Part shown: positions 23,499-37,217 of the stretch, one piece after another
How the letters are laid out: every line of letters begins with the position of its first letter
Numbering within the stretch: the first letter of the stretch is position 1
NCBI RefSeq assembly: GCF_006345805.1
Contig: NW_021835527.1
Span: 1 to 39,370, forward strand
Direction of reading: 5' to 3'
DNA: 39,370 bases
From: Octopus sinensis
Lineage: Eukaryota
The notes under the pieces: model-generated
What the model saw: the letters and a program-made list of their open reading frames with translations, nothing else
What the model was told of the DNA's origin: nothing
Databases searched by the model: none
Program-made: the position numbers and the translations under genes

Positions 23499-23640
23499 TG
23501 GTCAGTCCGAGACTATAGTAGAAGACGCTTGCCCAAGGTGCCACGCAGTGGAACTGAACTCTGAACAATTTGGTTGAGAAGCAAGCTCCTTACCATACAG
23601 CCACGCCAGCGCCTGCTTGGAATTATGAAGCAAATCCCTA
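23499..23640. repeat. 142-bp local duplicate of 24107-24248 (SINE A head plus flank)
   Basis: Direct repeat 608 bp apart, 2 mismatches seen. Confidence 0.93.
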
Positions 23641-23769
23641 TTCTCGTGTAGATATATCTCTGGGAGAGAGAGAGATGCTCCACCTGGCTAACTTCCCTTG
23701 CTACATGTCTTCAGACGTTGTTTTCAGTGAAATATCTACGACACAATAGGTTATTGGAAAAGTGGTTTA

Positions 23770-24221
<452 letters not shown>

Positions 24222-24542
24222 TGCTTGGAATTATGAAGCAAATCCCTACATTATACGAGAGGGAGAAATGAGTCGGTATACATCTCTTTATAAAAAAACA
24301 GAAGCGTAAATGGATCCAGTCTGGAATCATATCGAAGGAATTGGAGTTGATTCGGTTAAAGGTTGCTTCTCAACGAGCATTCTAGGTTTTAAAATGTTTA
24401 TACCAATTTTTTTTATTTAATTCTGTTGACATTAATCTGCCTGTGAGCGCCCCTTCTATGATCCAAATCCCCAATTTTAAAGTGATCCAGTTTAAAAACT
24501 TCCTCTATACTTCCTGATACATACATAAGATAGTAAGTTGAA

Positions 24543-24608
24543 ATTTAAGGGATATTTGGCTGCTATTTCTACCAAGTCTAGTTACCACAGAGCATCTCCC
24601 TCGTTGGT
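24543..24608. repeat. Dispersed repeat family E (TTTGGCTGCTATTTCTA motif); related hits near 890, 24745, 35465, 35955 and 36525
   Basis: 24543-24608 is close to the reverse complement of 35914-35978; the motif recurs in both orientations. Confidence 0.7.
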
Positions 24609-24918
24609 TTATACATACATGTGTATATATATAACAGCAGGGTATAGTTTGATGGAGAATAGCTTGTGATGTCTATTGTATCTAGCTGAAATATAAAGGT
24701 TTCTCTCGTTGACTTAAACATAAGATCTGTGGTTTGAGGAAAGTTTGGCTGCTATTTCTACTGAGTCAAGATGACATGTAAAGGCCCATACACACATATG
24801 AACATAGATTGGGCAATAAGATGTGATTAAATGACAATTTGGCAATAAATAGACAGAGAGACAGACAGACAGGCAGGCAGACAGACGGACGGATGGGCAA
24901 GCATGCAGGCAAGCAAAC

Positions 24919-24994
<76 letters not shown>

Positions 24995-25216
24995 GAACGG
25001 ACGGACGGACGGACGGACAGACGGACAGACGGACGGACAGACAGACAGACTGACTGACGGACAGTCAGGCAGGTAGGCAAGCAAGCTAATAGATAGATAC
25101 GTACATACACACATACATACATGCATGCATACATCTTACAGTATATAGCGTGCTTGTGTGTGTATGTATGTGTGTATATACATAAATATATGAATATATG
25201 TGTGTGTATACATTGG

Positions 25217-26010
25217 CGAGTTGTACAAAAAGTAATGCAAAAGTGGGCACAGTTTTACTCACTGGCATAAGTCGTTCAAATTGCATGTAGTAGTAGACTC
25301 ACTCTTCCTCTTTACGAAGGTACTAATCAATGCAGCCTCTGTCACGAACATTGCATTTGTACCATCGTTGAAGCCAGCTCTCTTGTACTCACTTGTTCAC
25401 AACCTCGTTCACCTCGTCTGTCATCAAATCGTTGTCCCCAAAGACTGTGCTTCATTGAACCGAAAATGTTGCAGTGAGAGGGCCCCAGATCCAGGATCTA
25501 CAGTGAATTAAAAACTGATCAGCCCAGTTTGTCGATTGCCTGATTTGTTGCCAATGATAAATGTGGTCACATATCGTTTTCAGATTCTTGTTCTGTCTCT
25601 TCCTCCTAATGGCTTCTCTAAGATCTTTGATTATTTCAATGTCCCGCTCGCTGTTTTCGGTACAACCATGATACCTTGTCATCCTAAAAATAAATTCACC
25701 GTGAATTTTCTGACTCTTGAACTTAGGCCTTGGAGAAGAGATGCGACGACGTTTCATGGATTGAGCATTCGTTTCTGGACCATAAAAATACGCCTACATT
25801 TCATCCGCTGCTACCAAATTAGTAAAAAAAAAAAAAAAAAGAACGTATTTTCATTGCTTTCAAACTCTTCCAACAGACCATTAGCACACCTCCAGCTTCT
25901 TCTCCTTCAACCGGGTGTCAGCTACCAAGGTACTCACTTTACACACATTTTCTTATACCCAAAGTCTTCCACCGCATTTGTAATACATTATGGCCACATT
26001 CCTGATGAAC
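25217..26010 (-). mobile_element. Old mariner transposase relic
   Basis: Minus-strand ADE..YFYGPETNAQSM..SSPRPKFK, KDLREAIRRKR, PDLGPSHCNIFGSMKHSL.GQRF, QRWYKC. TIR-like CGAGTTGTACAAAAAGTAATGC. Confidence 0.82.
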
Positions 26011-26037
26011 AAAGATAGTACTTTTTGCTAAATCTTG

Positions 26038-26275
26038 TTTTCGATTCCAAGGCCGGCGATGCATTATGTTCTTGAGCAAAACACTTCATTTCACATTGCT
26101 CCAGTCCACTCAGCTGTAAACGGGAAACCTTTCGATGGACTGGCATTCCGTTCAAGGAGTTATGTTGGCCTGCCCACCGCCAAGCCACCGGGGTAACATC
26201 ATTCGAAAGCTACAATGTGAGGAAGCGCATTGTGAGCAGCGCTGTATAACAACATCCGACAGCCTGGTCGATACA
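26038..26275 (+). mobile_element. SINE family C, 5'-truncated
   Basis: TTCGATTCC B box, TTCTTGAGCAAAACACTTCATTTCACATTGCTCCAGTCCACTCAGCTG. Confidence 0.8.
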
Positions 26276-26481
26276 CTCATACACACGCACACACACATAT
26301 ACACACATAGACTCACGCACACGTACATACATATACACATATCTACATTATCGCTTTTGATGAATATCAGCATTTCTGGGAGTGGTTACAAATCGATGTC
26401 GAACGAATATAGCACGGTTCTTCGTTGTCTTGGTTAACTGTGGCTGTTGTAGGAAACTCTTGTTCTCGACGAGAGAGAGAG

Positions 26482-26612
26482 AGGGGGGGGGAGAAATGGG
26501 AATGGGGAGAAGTGGAGAGAAGGAGAGGAGACGGGGGAAGAGATGGGGAGAGGGGAAGGGGAGAGAGGGGAAGGGGAGAGAGGGGAGGGGGGGAAGGGAA
26601 GAGAGGGGAAGG
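26482..26612 (+). repeat. Polypurine G-run tract
   Basis: GGGGAAGGGGAGAGA-type units. Confidence 0.85.
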
Positions 26613-26687
26613 AAAACTTTGGTTGATCAAAGAATTAAAATGCGTCTGCCAGTGTTACTGATGGAGATATTTCATGTGTATTCTTTC

Positions 26688-26985
26688 ATTCGTTTACTTG
26701 TTCAAACCCTGAACTGCAGCAATGCTAGGACAACGCCTTGACAGGTTTAGTCGAATAAATCGGCCCCGGTACTTGTATTTAAGCCTGGATGAGGGGACGT
26801 AAAGAAACCGACACAGGTTGCAAAGTGGTGGGATAAATACAGACACAAAGACGCAATAAATACATACTTACTCATAAGCATACACAACAGAGACACAGAC
26901 ATATGCATATATAGGACAGGCTTTCACATAGTTTCCGTTTACCAAATTCATTTACAAAACGTTGGTTGATTCGTGTCTATATTAG
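26688..26985 (-). mobile_element. SINE family A, degraded
   Basis: TTTAGTCGAATAAATCG...GGGGACGTAAA...AGTTTCCGTTTACCAAATTCA. Confidence 0.75.
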
Positions 26986-27337
26986 AACAGTGCTTCTCAA
27001 ACTATTTGATGTGGCGTACTGGCAGTTTTTTTCTTCAATATGCCAGGGACCGATAGTATTTCTTAGTAATATTAGTTTATACAATATATATAATATTTCG
27101 TTTTGGGGTTTGGTTTGCAAGATTCTTTATATGAGTTCGTGTGTTGAATTATAAGGCACAGAAGAAAATGACTCTCCCCAGACACAACAGAGTATATATA
27201 ATGAATATAATAAAAGTTGACTTTTTTTATCTTATATTTATTTTGTAAACGAGTAATACATAAGCATTTTATAACGTTTCTTTCTTTTCTGGAAACTCGC
27301 CGCGTACCGGCAGTTGATGACTCGGGGACCGGCACCA

Positions 27338-27451
27338 GTCGCGGACCACCACTTTCAGTAGCACTGTATTTAGAAGACACATGCCAAAGCTGTCTGAGCC
27401 GAACAACGTGGTTGCAAAGCGACTTCTTAACCACAGTTATGGCTATGCCTA
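27338..27451 (-). mobile_element. SINE family A head remnant
   Basis: TAGAAGACACATGCCAAAG...GTGGTTGCAAAGCGACTTCTTAACCACAG. Confidence 0.65.
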
Positions 27452-28024
27452 GATATGTTTTCTTTCTATTTAATGCTGATGAGGAATGTGGTATTTTTGT
27501 TATAAAGCTTCTTCTCTTGGATTTTGTTGTCACAGATTTTGGTTAGGGTTTGAACTAGTAATGCTTGAGGGTGGTGAATGCAGCGATTCCCTCCGAGCCC
27601 TAGGTATTTTAGATGTACGTTGCTAATTTTGTAAAGCTTTGGGACATTTGAAATTTTAGATTTCATCGCGGAATTTTTGGTGCCTGATGAAAGGGTCGGT
27701 AGGTGAAAGGGTTAGGGTTATTTGTTTTATGTTCCGGCTTATTTTGTTCGGTTTGGGGGCTGGTTTTCTAAAAATGCTGGGTAAAATCGTTTGTTTGATC
27801 TCAGAAATGTATGTTTGTTATTGAGATGAGATGTCATTTTTGACACCATTGGAATTTTGGATGCTGCTTTATACTGAATACATCTATAAAAACGTTTGTA
27901 TGAATTACATAATACCGAAAATAACCACGAATTGTACATCATCGCCGCCGACAGCATTACCGTCACTACCAATTGTCTCTTACTCTGAATAGTAAACTAC
28001 AACATTCATACATTCTCTTACGCA

Positions 28025-28216
28025 GTGTGTTGACAGAATCGTTTCCACACCAGACAAAATTCTTTGCAGCATTCTGGGTTCAAATTCCGCAAAGGTCGAC
28101 TTTGTCTGTCATCTTTTCGGGGTCGATAAAATAAGAATCAATTAATCACTGAGGGCAATGTAATTGACTAATCCCGCTTCACATAATTTTTGACCTTGTG
28201 ACTGTTGTAGAAAGGA
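28025..28216 (+). mobile_element. SINE family B
   Basis: CAGAATCGTT...GGGTTCAAATTCCGC.AAGGTCGACTTTG...GGGGTCGATAAAATAAG...TAGAAAGGATT. Confidence 0.85.
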
Positions 28217-28501
28217 TTCTGTCTGTCCATCAATCTGTATGTTTATATATATATGCATGTATGTATATATTGTGTGCGTATATATGAATGCATATATATA
28301 CATATGTGTGTATATATATCAATCTATGTATGTATTTGCGTATGTATGTATATACGTTTATATATGTGTGTGTATGTATATATATAATATATATATATAT
28401 ATATTATATTATATATATTATATGAATTTATGTATATCTTCTTTTATTTTCCTATCACTCTTTTCATCTTCATTTTTGTGTGAGTGTGCATGACAAATCT
28501 T

Positions 28502-28553
<52 letters not shown>

Positions 28554-28963
28554 CTCTTTCACACACACATACACACATACACACACGTGTGTGTCTATCT
28601 GCATTTGCATGTATGCGCGTTGTTTCTCTGTGTCCCAAGGCGAGGCATTTAACTCTATTTGCCTAAGGCTTCATGCCACTCTTTAAAAAACATTCATCAC
28701 CCCGCATGAGTGTGTGTGTGTGTGTGTGTATGTGTGTGTTGTGTGTGTGTGTGTGTGATTGTGCGTATGTCTGTTTGCATACGTATTCTCACTCTTCCTC
28801 AGCCGTCTCACAAGCAGCGGTAAAAACGCGTTACAGTCACTCAACTTTGTCCGACTGTATATGGTGGCCTCATCCTTTTATTTTTGTTTAATATTTCTTC
28901 GCGCACCTATATAGATATAGGGAGTGATGGGGGTGTGTGTGTGGATATATATATTTTTATATT

Positions 28964-29029
<66 letters not shown>

Positions 29030-29464
29030 AACACACACAAACATACATACACAGGCATACTTATATATATATACACGTGCACACACACATATGTATACAT
29101 ATAAGCATACACTTAGAGGTGTGCACACAATTATGCATGAATGTATATTGAAGTATATATGAATGTGTATATGTATATGTTTATGCTGCATTTTTGTACA
29201 TGCACGTCAATATGTGTATATGAATACATAAATATTCATATACACACATATATGCATGCGTTTATGCGTGTATTTTTGTAAATATGTATCGAAGCGTGCA
29301 TGTACACATATACATACATACATACACACACAGACACATACATACATACACACATATATATGCATATGTAAAAATAGACGTGTGTATATAATGTATATGC
29401 GTATGAGTGTGAAGGAATGCATCTATGCATTGTGTGTGTGTGTATGTGTGTATGTGTAAGTGTG

Positions 29465-29506
<42 letters not shown>

Positions 29507-29835
29507 ATATTGACGCATATTTATACGTTGGCCTGCGTAGTTGTATATAATTGAAATGTTTTACGCTACGTAATTTCGGCAAAAAATATATATAATAAAA
29601 AAAACTACACAAGCATCAAGAAAAAAACAAGCAAGAAAAATATATACATACTGTATATAATATGTCTTAAAAACCTTTCCATCTAAATATTTTTTCAGGT
29701 TTCTGTTATATACGCTATAATCACACACCTCGTTGCAAATCGATGATGGAAACTCCATCTAAAGGTCTTTAACGTTTCTTCAAAATATTTCTTGCAAGCC
29801 TTCTCATGTAAATCTAATATGGAAATTACAAGTAC

Positions 29836-29892
<57 letters not shown>

Positions 29893-29963
29893 AACCTTTA
29901 TGCACACTCAGAAATATACACAAACGCACTTACACAAACACTCACGCAATCATACACACATAA

Positions 29964-29964
<1 letters not shown>

Positions 29965-30009
<45 letters not shown>

Positions 30010-30073
30010 ATATATATGTATATATATTATATATATATATATATTTTATAATATAGATTATATTATATATATA

Positions 30074-30140
<67 letters not shown>

Positions 30141-30232
30141 GAATGATTGTGTATATTGTATATATAAATCTATATATATATATATAATGTGTGTGTATAT
30201 CTGTATATATAAATCTCTCTCCCTCTCCCTCT

Positions 30233-30286
<54 letters not shown>

Positions 30287-30370
30287 GTATATATATATAT
30301 ACACGTATGTATATATATATATATATATAATATATATATAATATATATATATTATATATATATATGTATA
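29965..30370. repeat. Long imperfect (TA)n microsatellite; others at 19875-20340, 21020-21105 and 36770-37040
   Basis: Direct reading. Confidence 0.97.
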
Positions 30371-30668
30371 TGTATGTGCATGTATTTATATATACATACA
30401 TAGACGTTTATATGCATGCATACACACACATTCATGTACGTATATATCCATGTATGTACATATATGTATATGTATATACGTATGTACACAATAATATGTA
30501 TATATGTATGTATATATGTGCGTGCGCGCATAGGTATATGTATTTGTATTCATCTAATAAAGGAAAACTGATAGTGGTATATGTAGCTACTTGTTATTGT
30601 ATATGTGTATGAGCATGTATGATAAAACATTCGTACACAAACAATCACGCACACACACACACACACAC

Positions 30669-30741
<73 letters not shown>

Positions 30742-31786
30742 GCACGCACACATACATATACACACATAGTTTGTATGTATGTTATGTATGTATGTATGTA
30801 TGTATGTATGTACATGTTTGTATGTATTTGCAGGAACTACAAGAAATTATGAGAAAGAAGCAAGGAGCAAAAGACATCTTCAGATGGGAAGAAAAATGAA
30901 TTGGAAATGCTATGTATTTTAGATGGAAACCTTTAACAATTATATTGAGAGATCCTTTATCTGAACGTAGATGCAACACACGTGTGGGTGTGTGTGTGTG
31001 TGTGTGTGTATACATACATACATCTTTCTATCTATGTAAGCAAAGAGAGAGAAACCGACAGACATAGTGGTCAAACAGCGATGTATGTTAAGTGGGTCTG
31101 GTAAGGTGATATACCAAAATCGGCCTTTCAACTTGTTAGCGCATTGACGTGTAGCTAGCTCTCTACTCCGTATCTTATCAATCTCCTGGTTATCTTCCCT
31201 TGTTTTTCTCTATTTCTTTCCTTCTTACCCACTCTCATTCCGACTTTGAAACTCATCACGGCCATATTGCTATATCCATTTCTATCGTTCGCTATATATC
31301 AATCTTCCCACCCTCAACCCAATTTATTTCTCCTTAGCCTCTTTCTCGAAGTTGCTGGAACTTTGTAAGGTTTCGTTAAAGGGAGAAAGGGGCATCAACG
31401 ATCCTCTTCAGAATAACAACCTCCCGACCAGTCAACCAGCCACTGAGATGATGGAATGAATCATAAGCTTGAAACTAATATACAAACTCTATTGCAGCCA
31501 TTGAATACCTTTTCCCTTGTTTGAATACCCAAACGCATATACATACATACATACATGCATACATACATACATACATATATTCATACATATACATACATGT
31601 ATACACATATACACACATATATATAGATGTGCACGCGCGCGCGTACACACACACACACACACGCGCACTATATTGCAATTAAGTAAAACAGTGTACTTAA
31701 TAATACTTGGGTATACTAGAATGACATTATTCGAAACTGAATTTGCGTGAGCCGTGTATGTCTGGTACTGTGGATTTCAATGAATA

Positions 31787-31860
<74 letters not shown>

Positions 31861-31863
<3 letters not shown>

Positions 31864-32460
31864 ATTTTTCTTCTAGTTTTATTTGAATTCTTCTTGGGAG
31901 AATTCAGTCCGATCGCTAACAAAGCAACAAGACTTTTTGAGTTAAGACATTTCCCGATGTTTGTAAATATGTGGTTGCATTGGTGTGTTAGTTGTGCATC
32001 TATTCACATAAGAATCTCGGATGGAAAATGTCTTACAAATCTTCACTGTGCCACTAATAGAATGGATTTAGAGAATCCGCGTCAGTTTCTTTTGCTCTTT
32101 CTCCTTGAAACCAAATGTTTCACGGGGAATGTTTCAAGGTTTTTGCGTAAATTTGTTCGTACATGACTATGATGATAGATACAAATGAGAAGTCATAGTC
32201 TGGGTACTTGAGCTGTAAGTTCTGCATTAATTCACCATAAACGTTCTCTTTTCCCTAGACTTTTGATTGTACATTCACATCCACTGGGCAACCGACATCT
32301 ACAATAGTGCAAGACATTTGTTCTGTCCCGCAGAACAATATCAGGTCTGTTATGTTAGCACCGAATCGCCTTTTTTAATTGGGATGTTCCACCAATATTC
32401 CTTGTTTTTAAAGGTGTAAATACCTGCTGTTTTGACATGCCTTTGATGTATACGTCAGAG

Positions 32461-32462
<2 letters not shown>
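31861..32462 (-). mobile_element. Third R4-clade RLE non-LTR element, 3' fragment between (TG)n tracts
   Basis: KEYWWNIPIKKAIRC*HNRPDIVL..CTIVDVGCPVDVNVQSKV*GKENVYGELMQNLQLKYPDYDFSFVSIII..GFKEKEQKKLTRIL*IHSISGTVKICKTF (PD..D RLE), then 3' UTR. Confidence 0.85.
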
Positions 32463-32518
<56 letters not shown>

Positions 32519-33071
32519 ATTTTGAAAAAGCAATTTTGCTGAAATTTCCTATGAACTGATTGTTTTGACACGGATTGCTTAAAGCGAAAATTTTCTCCAT
32601 ACGTTACAGAAATATTTCAACTGATTTAAATGTTTGTTTAGTTCACAATACTCTTTCAGGTGCCTACTACATATTTTATGTAGCCCAGCAAGCGTCGTAC
32701 GAATCATTTCATGAATTATACTAATTTTCCATAAGGAAACCATGATTTCCCGAGTCATTTCAGGGTTGTCTATCTTATGGGGCACAATGCTGATGATAAC
32801 CAAATAGCTTGAAATGCATTCATCGGTCTTCCAGACGGCACCATCAAATGGTTTTTGGTGTTTTGATACCTATTGCTTGAGGCGAGAATTTTCTCCAAGA
32901 CAAATTGCAAGAAAACAGCTTTTTTACAGATTAATTATGTCTCAAACATATATGAACTGAGCGCTGATCTAAAAGTTTCTATCTATCTATCCATCTAGCC
33001 ATCTACCTATCAATTAATATATTAATATACATATATATGTATATGTGTATGTATATATACATATATATGTA

Positions 33072-34351
33072 CAGGGTGGGGAATCAAAATTTACAATAAA
33101 CGTTAAGTTGTTTTTTCTCAGCAGGCACTAAGTCAATTGCTTTGAAACCTAGCATATATTGATGTTATAATCATACCTAACATTATTATCCTTACCTTTT
33201 CAGAAACTTTTGCCATATGAGTAATCAGGAAAGCAAACGTCAAAGAGTGTGTGATTTGCACTCGTCACACCAAAGGAGATTTCAAGAATAGTTGGAGTGT
33301 CCATAAAGACTGTTTATAATGTAAAGAATAGAATGACTATGAGCAAAGCTATTACGAGGAAGTCTGGAAGTGGATGAATCAACAAAAAATCTACCAAAGC
33401 TTTTATTAAAGCTCTCAAATCAAAAATCCTAAAGGATCCAAACAAATCCATGAGGATAATGGCAATTGAACTTGAGGTAGACAACAAGACCATTAGAAAT
33501 GCAGTAAAATATGATTTGAGGTTAAAATTTTACACAAGAACACCAAAACACTTGTTAACAACAGCTATGAAGGAAAAGAGATTGGAAAGGGGCAAGAAAA
33601 TTATTACATGGTTCAAGAAAAGGTCCTCCATTATAACGATCTTTTCAGATGAAAAGATCTTCACTGTCGATGCTGTTCTGAACCGCAGAAATGACAGATT
33701 TATTGCAAAATCGACAGCTGAGGTTAAGGAGACATTCAAAACGAAACATCCTGCTCAAGTTATGGCTTTTGGTATTGTGGCTTCCGATGGAAAGAAAATG
33801 CTTATAAAATTCTACAAAGCTGATGAAAAGATCAATGTTAATACTTACTACAAGACTCTGAGATACCAGTTATTGCCATGGCTTAAAGCAAACTACCTAG
33901 ATGGTAATTATGTATGGACACAGGATGGTGCTCCAGACCACACAGCTAGAAAAATACAAGATTTCTGCAAATCCAACTTTAGCAATTTTTTAGAATCATG
34001 TTTATGGCCGCCATCTAGCCCAGATCTAAACCCTCTGGATTATGCTATTTGATACGTTTTAGAACATGCTACCAATAGAACATCACACAGCAATGTCGAA
34101 CTCTCTTAAAGATACTATTAAAGAAGAATGGGAGATGTTGTCTCCCGAATAATTGAAGAACACTTGTGCAAGTTTCAGGAAGCGTGTGATGGCAGTTATT
34201 GAGAAAGAAGGAAGACACATAGAATAAAAACATTTTCTATTACGTAAATTTTCTTTTGGCAAATAAATTCTCATAACTTTCAATAAACTAATTGGTCATA
34301 CACTGTCTTTCAATCCCTGCCTCAAAATATTGTAAATTTTGCTTCCCCACA

Positions 34352-34354
<3 letters not shown>
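33072..34354 (+). mobile_element. maT/mori (DD37D) Tc1/mariner transposon, full length, inactivated
   Basis: 27-bp TIRs CAGGGTGGGGAATCAAAATTTACAATA / TATTGTAAATTTTGCTTCCCCACACCA, TA flanks. FSDEK..QDGAPDH..SPDLNPLDY with 37 residues between the last two Asp. Confidence 0.96.
33217..34227 (+). pseudogene. DD37D transposase pseudogene
   Basis: ATG at 33217, TAA at 34225-34227; several stops and frameshifts; 200-aa intact core at 33450-34052. Confidence 0.92.
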
Positions 34355-34421
<67 letters not shown>

Positions 34422-34553
34422 CCGCACTAAGGCACGGATTTTAGACCCCATGGTCGTAACCTCAACCGTGCTTTTTCTGTTGTGATGTTTGCTACCCAGG
34501 TATCGGTTATCATTTGAATAATCCATAATAAGATAATTCATTTATCTACTTCA

Positions 34554-34620
<67 letters not shown>

Positions 34621-35583
34621 TATGTATGTATATATATTTATATATACACACAGACTCACGTACACACACACATGTTTCTTTAAATATGCCTATACACCTC
34701 AGTATGTACTACTGTACGTGTATGTAGATCTTTCAGTGCTGGGTGCTGTAGTCTGTCACGACTCTGATATTTAGCACTGAGTTTAGAGCACAATCCGTAG
34801 ATCTTTCCGAGGTTCTAAGGTACAAAGGCATAAAAAGTGCAATTGAGAATCCAACCGTATACGGAAGGAAATACTAATGACTATCTAGAACTGATGGCTT
34901 CAAATAATAGGCAGAATGGACATTATGATTCCCTTTAGATTTGCTTGTATACTTTCATGCATAACGTAGAAACAGATTAGAGAAACGCAGCCTATAGTGA
35001 GCGTTTGAGTGTGTGCATGTGTGTGTGTATGTGTGTGTGCGCACGTGCGTGTGTGTGTGCACATATGCATGTACCAGAGATGCACTGCTGGTAAGTATGT
35101 AAGCCCACACAAATGCCATTTTTATAGTTTCCTAGCTTCGAAGGGCACAGGAGGGGTAATATAAACGGGGGCAAATGTGATTTTCTGGCTACCTGTGTTT
35201 CTGCGTTATTCGTTAAAGTATCTTCGATATCGTGATGGCAAAGTATTATTATTTGCTACTTGCCACACTGCTGTATGTGTTCGTCATCCCGAGAGTAGGT
35301 TAACAATGGAGAAACATTTTTTCATCATGCAGACACTGTCAAGTACAGAAATTGTCCTATTTGTCTATCTAACTATTTATCGCCAAATTGTCATTTAATC
35401 ATATTCAATTGTCTAATCTATGCACGTGTATGTGTAAAGGCTTTTACATGTCATCTTGGCTTGGTAGAAATAGCAGCCAAACCTTCAAATCACAGCTCTT
35501 ATATATGGGTCAACGAGAGAAACCTTTATATTTCAGATAGATACAATAGACAACACAGGCTGTACACCATCAAACCATACCCT

Positions 35584-35647
35584 TCTTCTTCTTCTTCTTC
35601 TTTTTTCTTTCTCTTCTTCTTCTTCTTCTTCTTCTTCTTCTTCTTCT

Positions 35648-35679
<32 letters not shown>

Positions 35680-35872
35680 AGCATTCACCCGGGGTGGGTT
35701 GAGATGGCTTCACTTATCCTCAATGCTGCATCTCTCACAAACGCCGACCAGAAGATATTAAGCGACTAGAATCCTTCGATCACCTCTGTCTACGCCGCAT
35801 CCTTTGTGTCCGATGGCATCACTTTGTCTCCAACAATTCGGTGCGACACCAGTGCAGAATCACCTCCCTCTG
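35584..35872 (-). mobile_element. RTE-clade LINE insertion with 5' inversion, (GAA)n tail and 12-bp TSD
   Basis: Minus strand WSAFVRDAALRISEAISTHPG* plus (GAA)n; plus strand EDIKRLESFDHLCLRRILCVRWHHFVSN. AAACCATACCCT at 35572-35583 and 35873-35884. Confidence 0.85.
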
Positions 35873-36916
35873 AAACCATACCCTGCTGTCATATATATAC
35901 ATGTATGTAAAAACCAATGAGGGAACTACTCAGCGGTCACTAGACTTGGTTGAAATAGCAGCCAAATTTCCCTTAAATTTCAACTTTATGTCTTATGTAA
36001 ATATGAGGCCCATCAGGGAGTTGTAAAAAACGATGACTGCATGAAACGAACTCAAAAACTCCGGTGAAAGATGTTTTTGCAAAAGTACAATCAGTAACAT
36101 TAGTAGTATTAATTTTTATTGTGAAAATTAATTTTGTTGAATAAACTTCAGAATATGTCATTTGATTTATACTAATATACTAGCTTAAAAGCAGCACTCC
36201 TTGCGGACATTTAAGTTAGCTCCTGCGGAGGGCTAATCAGGCCTGCAGCCCAAAACAAAAGAGAACTAAGTAGTATGACTATAATACATCTATTATGACT
36301 ATATGCCCCGGTTGTGTCTGATCAGAGGTTAAGGACAGATGAGAATTCATTCTGTAATGCAGTCATTCTATTGTTCCAGTCCCAGGTTGAATTCCAACTA
36401 CTGGCTAAGTTCTTATCTCAGCGTAAAATTAACGAAGCGAATGTCATTTATCTCCCCCTTGATCTTTGATGTCATCTGACAAGCACCAACCAAGATGCAT
36501 GAATCAGCCAAGCATTAACCAGCTAGAAATAGCAACCCAAATGCTTTTAAATCAGATTCCAATTCTGGATGTTCGAGAACCAATTGAAGGGCAGATTTTC
36601 AACCCCAGAATCGTCATGATTCCAAAAAGGTATAATATGTCTATGTAGAGCAAATGTAGACTGAAATACAGGGGTCTGAGACGGACAGACTTTCGCGTTT
36701 ATTATTAAAAGATATACTGGACTATAAGAATTGAATTATGCAACGTCCTGTGTATTGTTACGTCATAATATATATACATATACATGCACATGCACATACG
36801 CACCACATAGATATAGATATATACATATATATATATATGTATACATTTATATACATATATATATACAGATATATATATATGTATGTATTATATTCTATAT
36901 ATATATATATATTATA

Positions 36917-36958
<42 letters not shown>

Positions 36959-37217
36959 ATATATAATATATATATATATCTATATATATATAATATATTA
37001 TATATATATATATATATATATCTATACTATATATATATACTTTGACATAACTTTCTGTAGTCAAAGCTGAAAGATGATGTCAGCATCATTCTGCTTTGCT
37101 ATGCTATCGCCGGTTTTTTGCGCTGCTAACCAAGTTCAGGTTATAATTCATATATTTTATTCATTCAGTAATTCTTGAAAAAAATGTTAAAGCATGTTAA
37201 AAGTATGTTACATATAT

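Noticed and set aside
27684-27712. CTGATGA...GAAA hammerhead-like spacing (also at 7373)
   Set aside because: No stem I, II or III pairing.
37072-37140. Signal-peptide-like MMSASFCFAMLSPVFCAANQVQ
   Set aside because: Poor donor (GTTATA), very short, no support.
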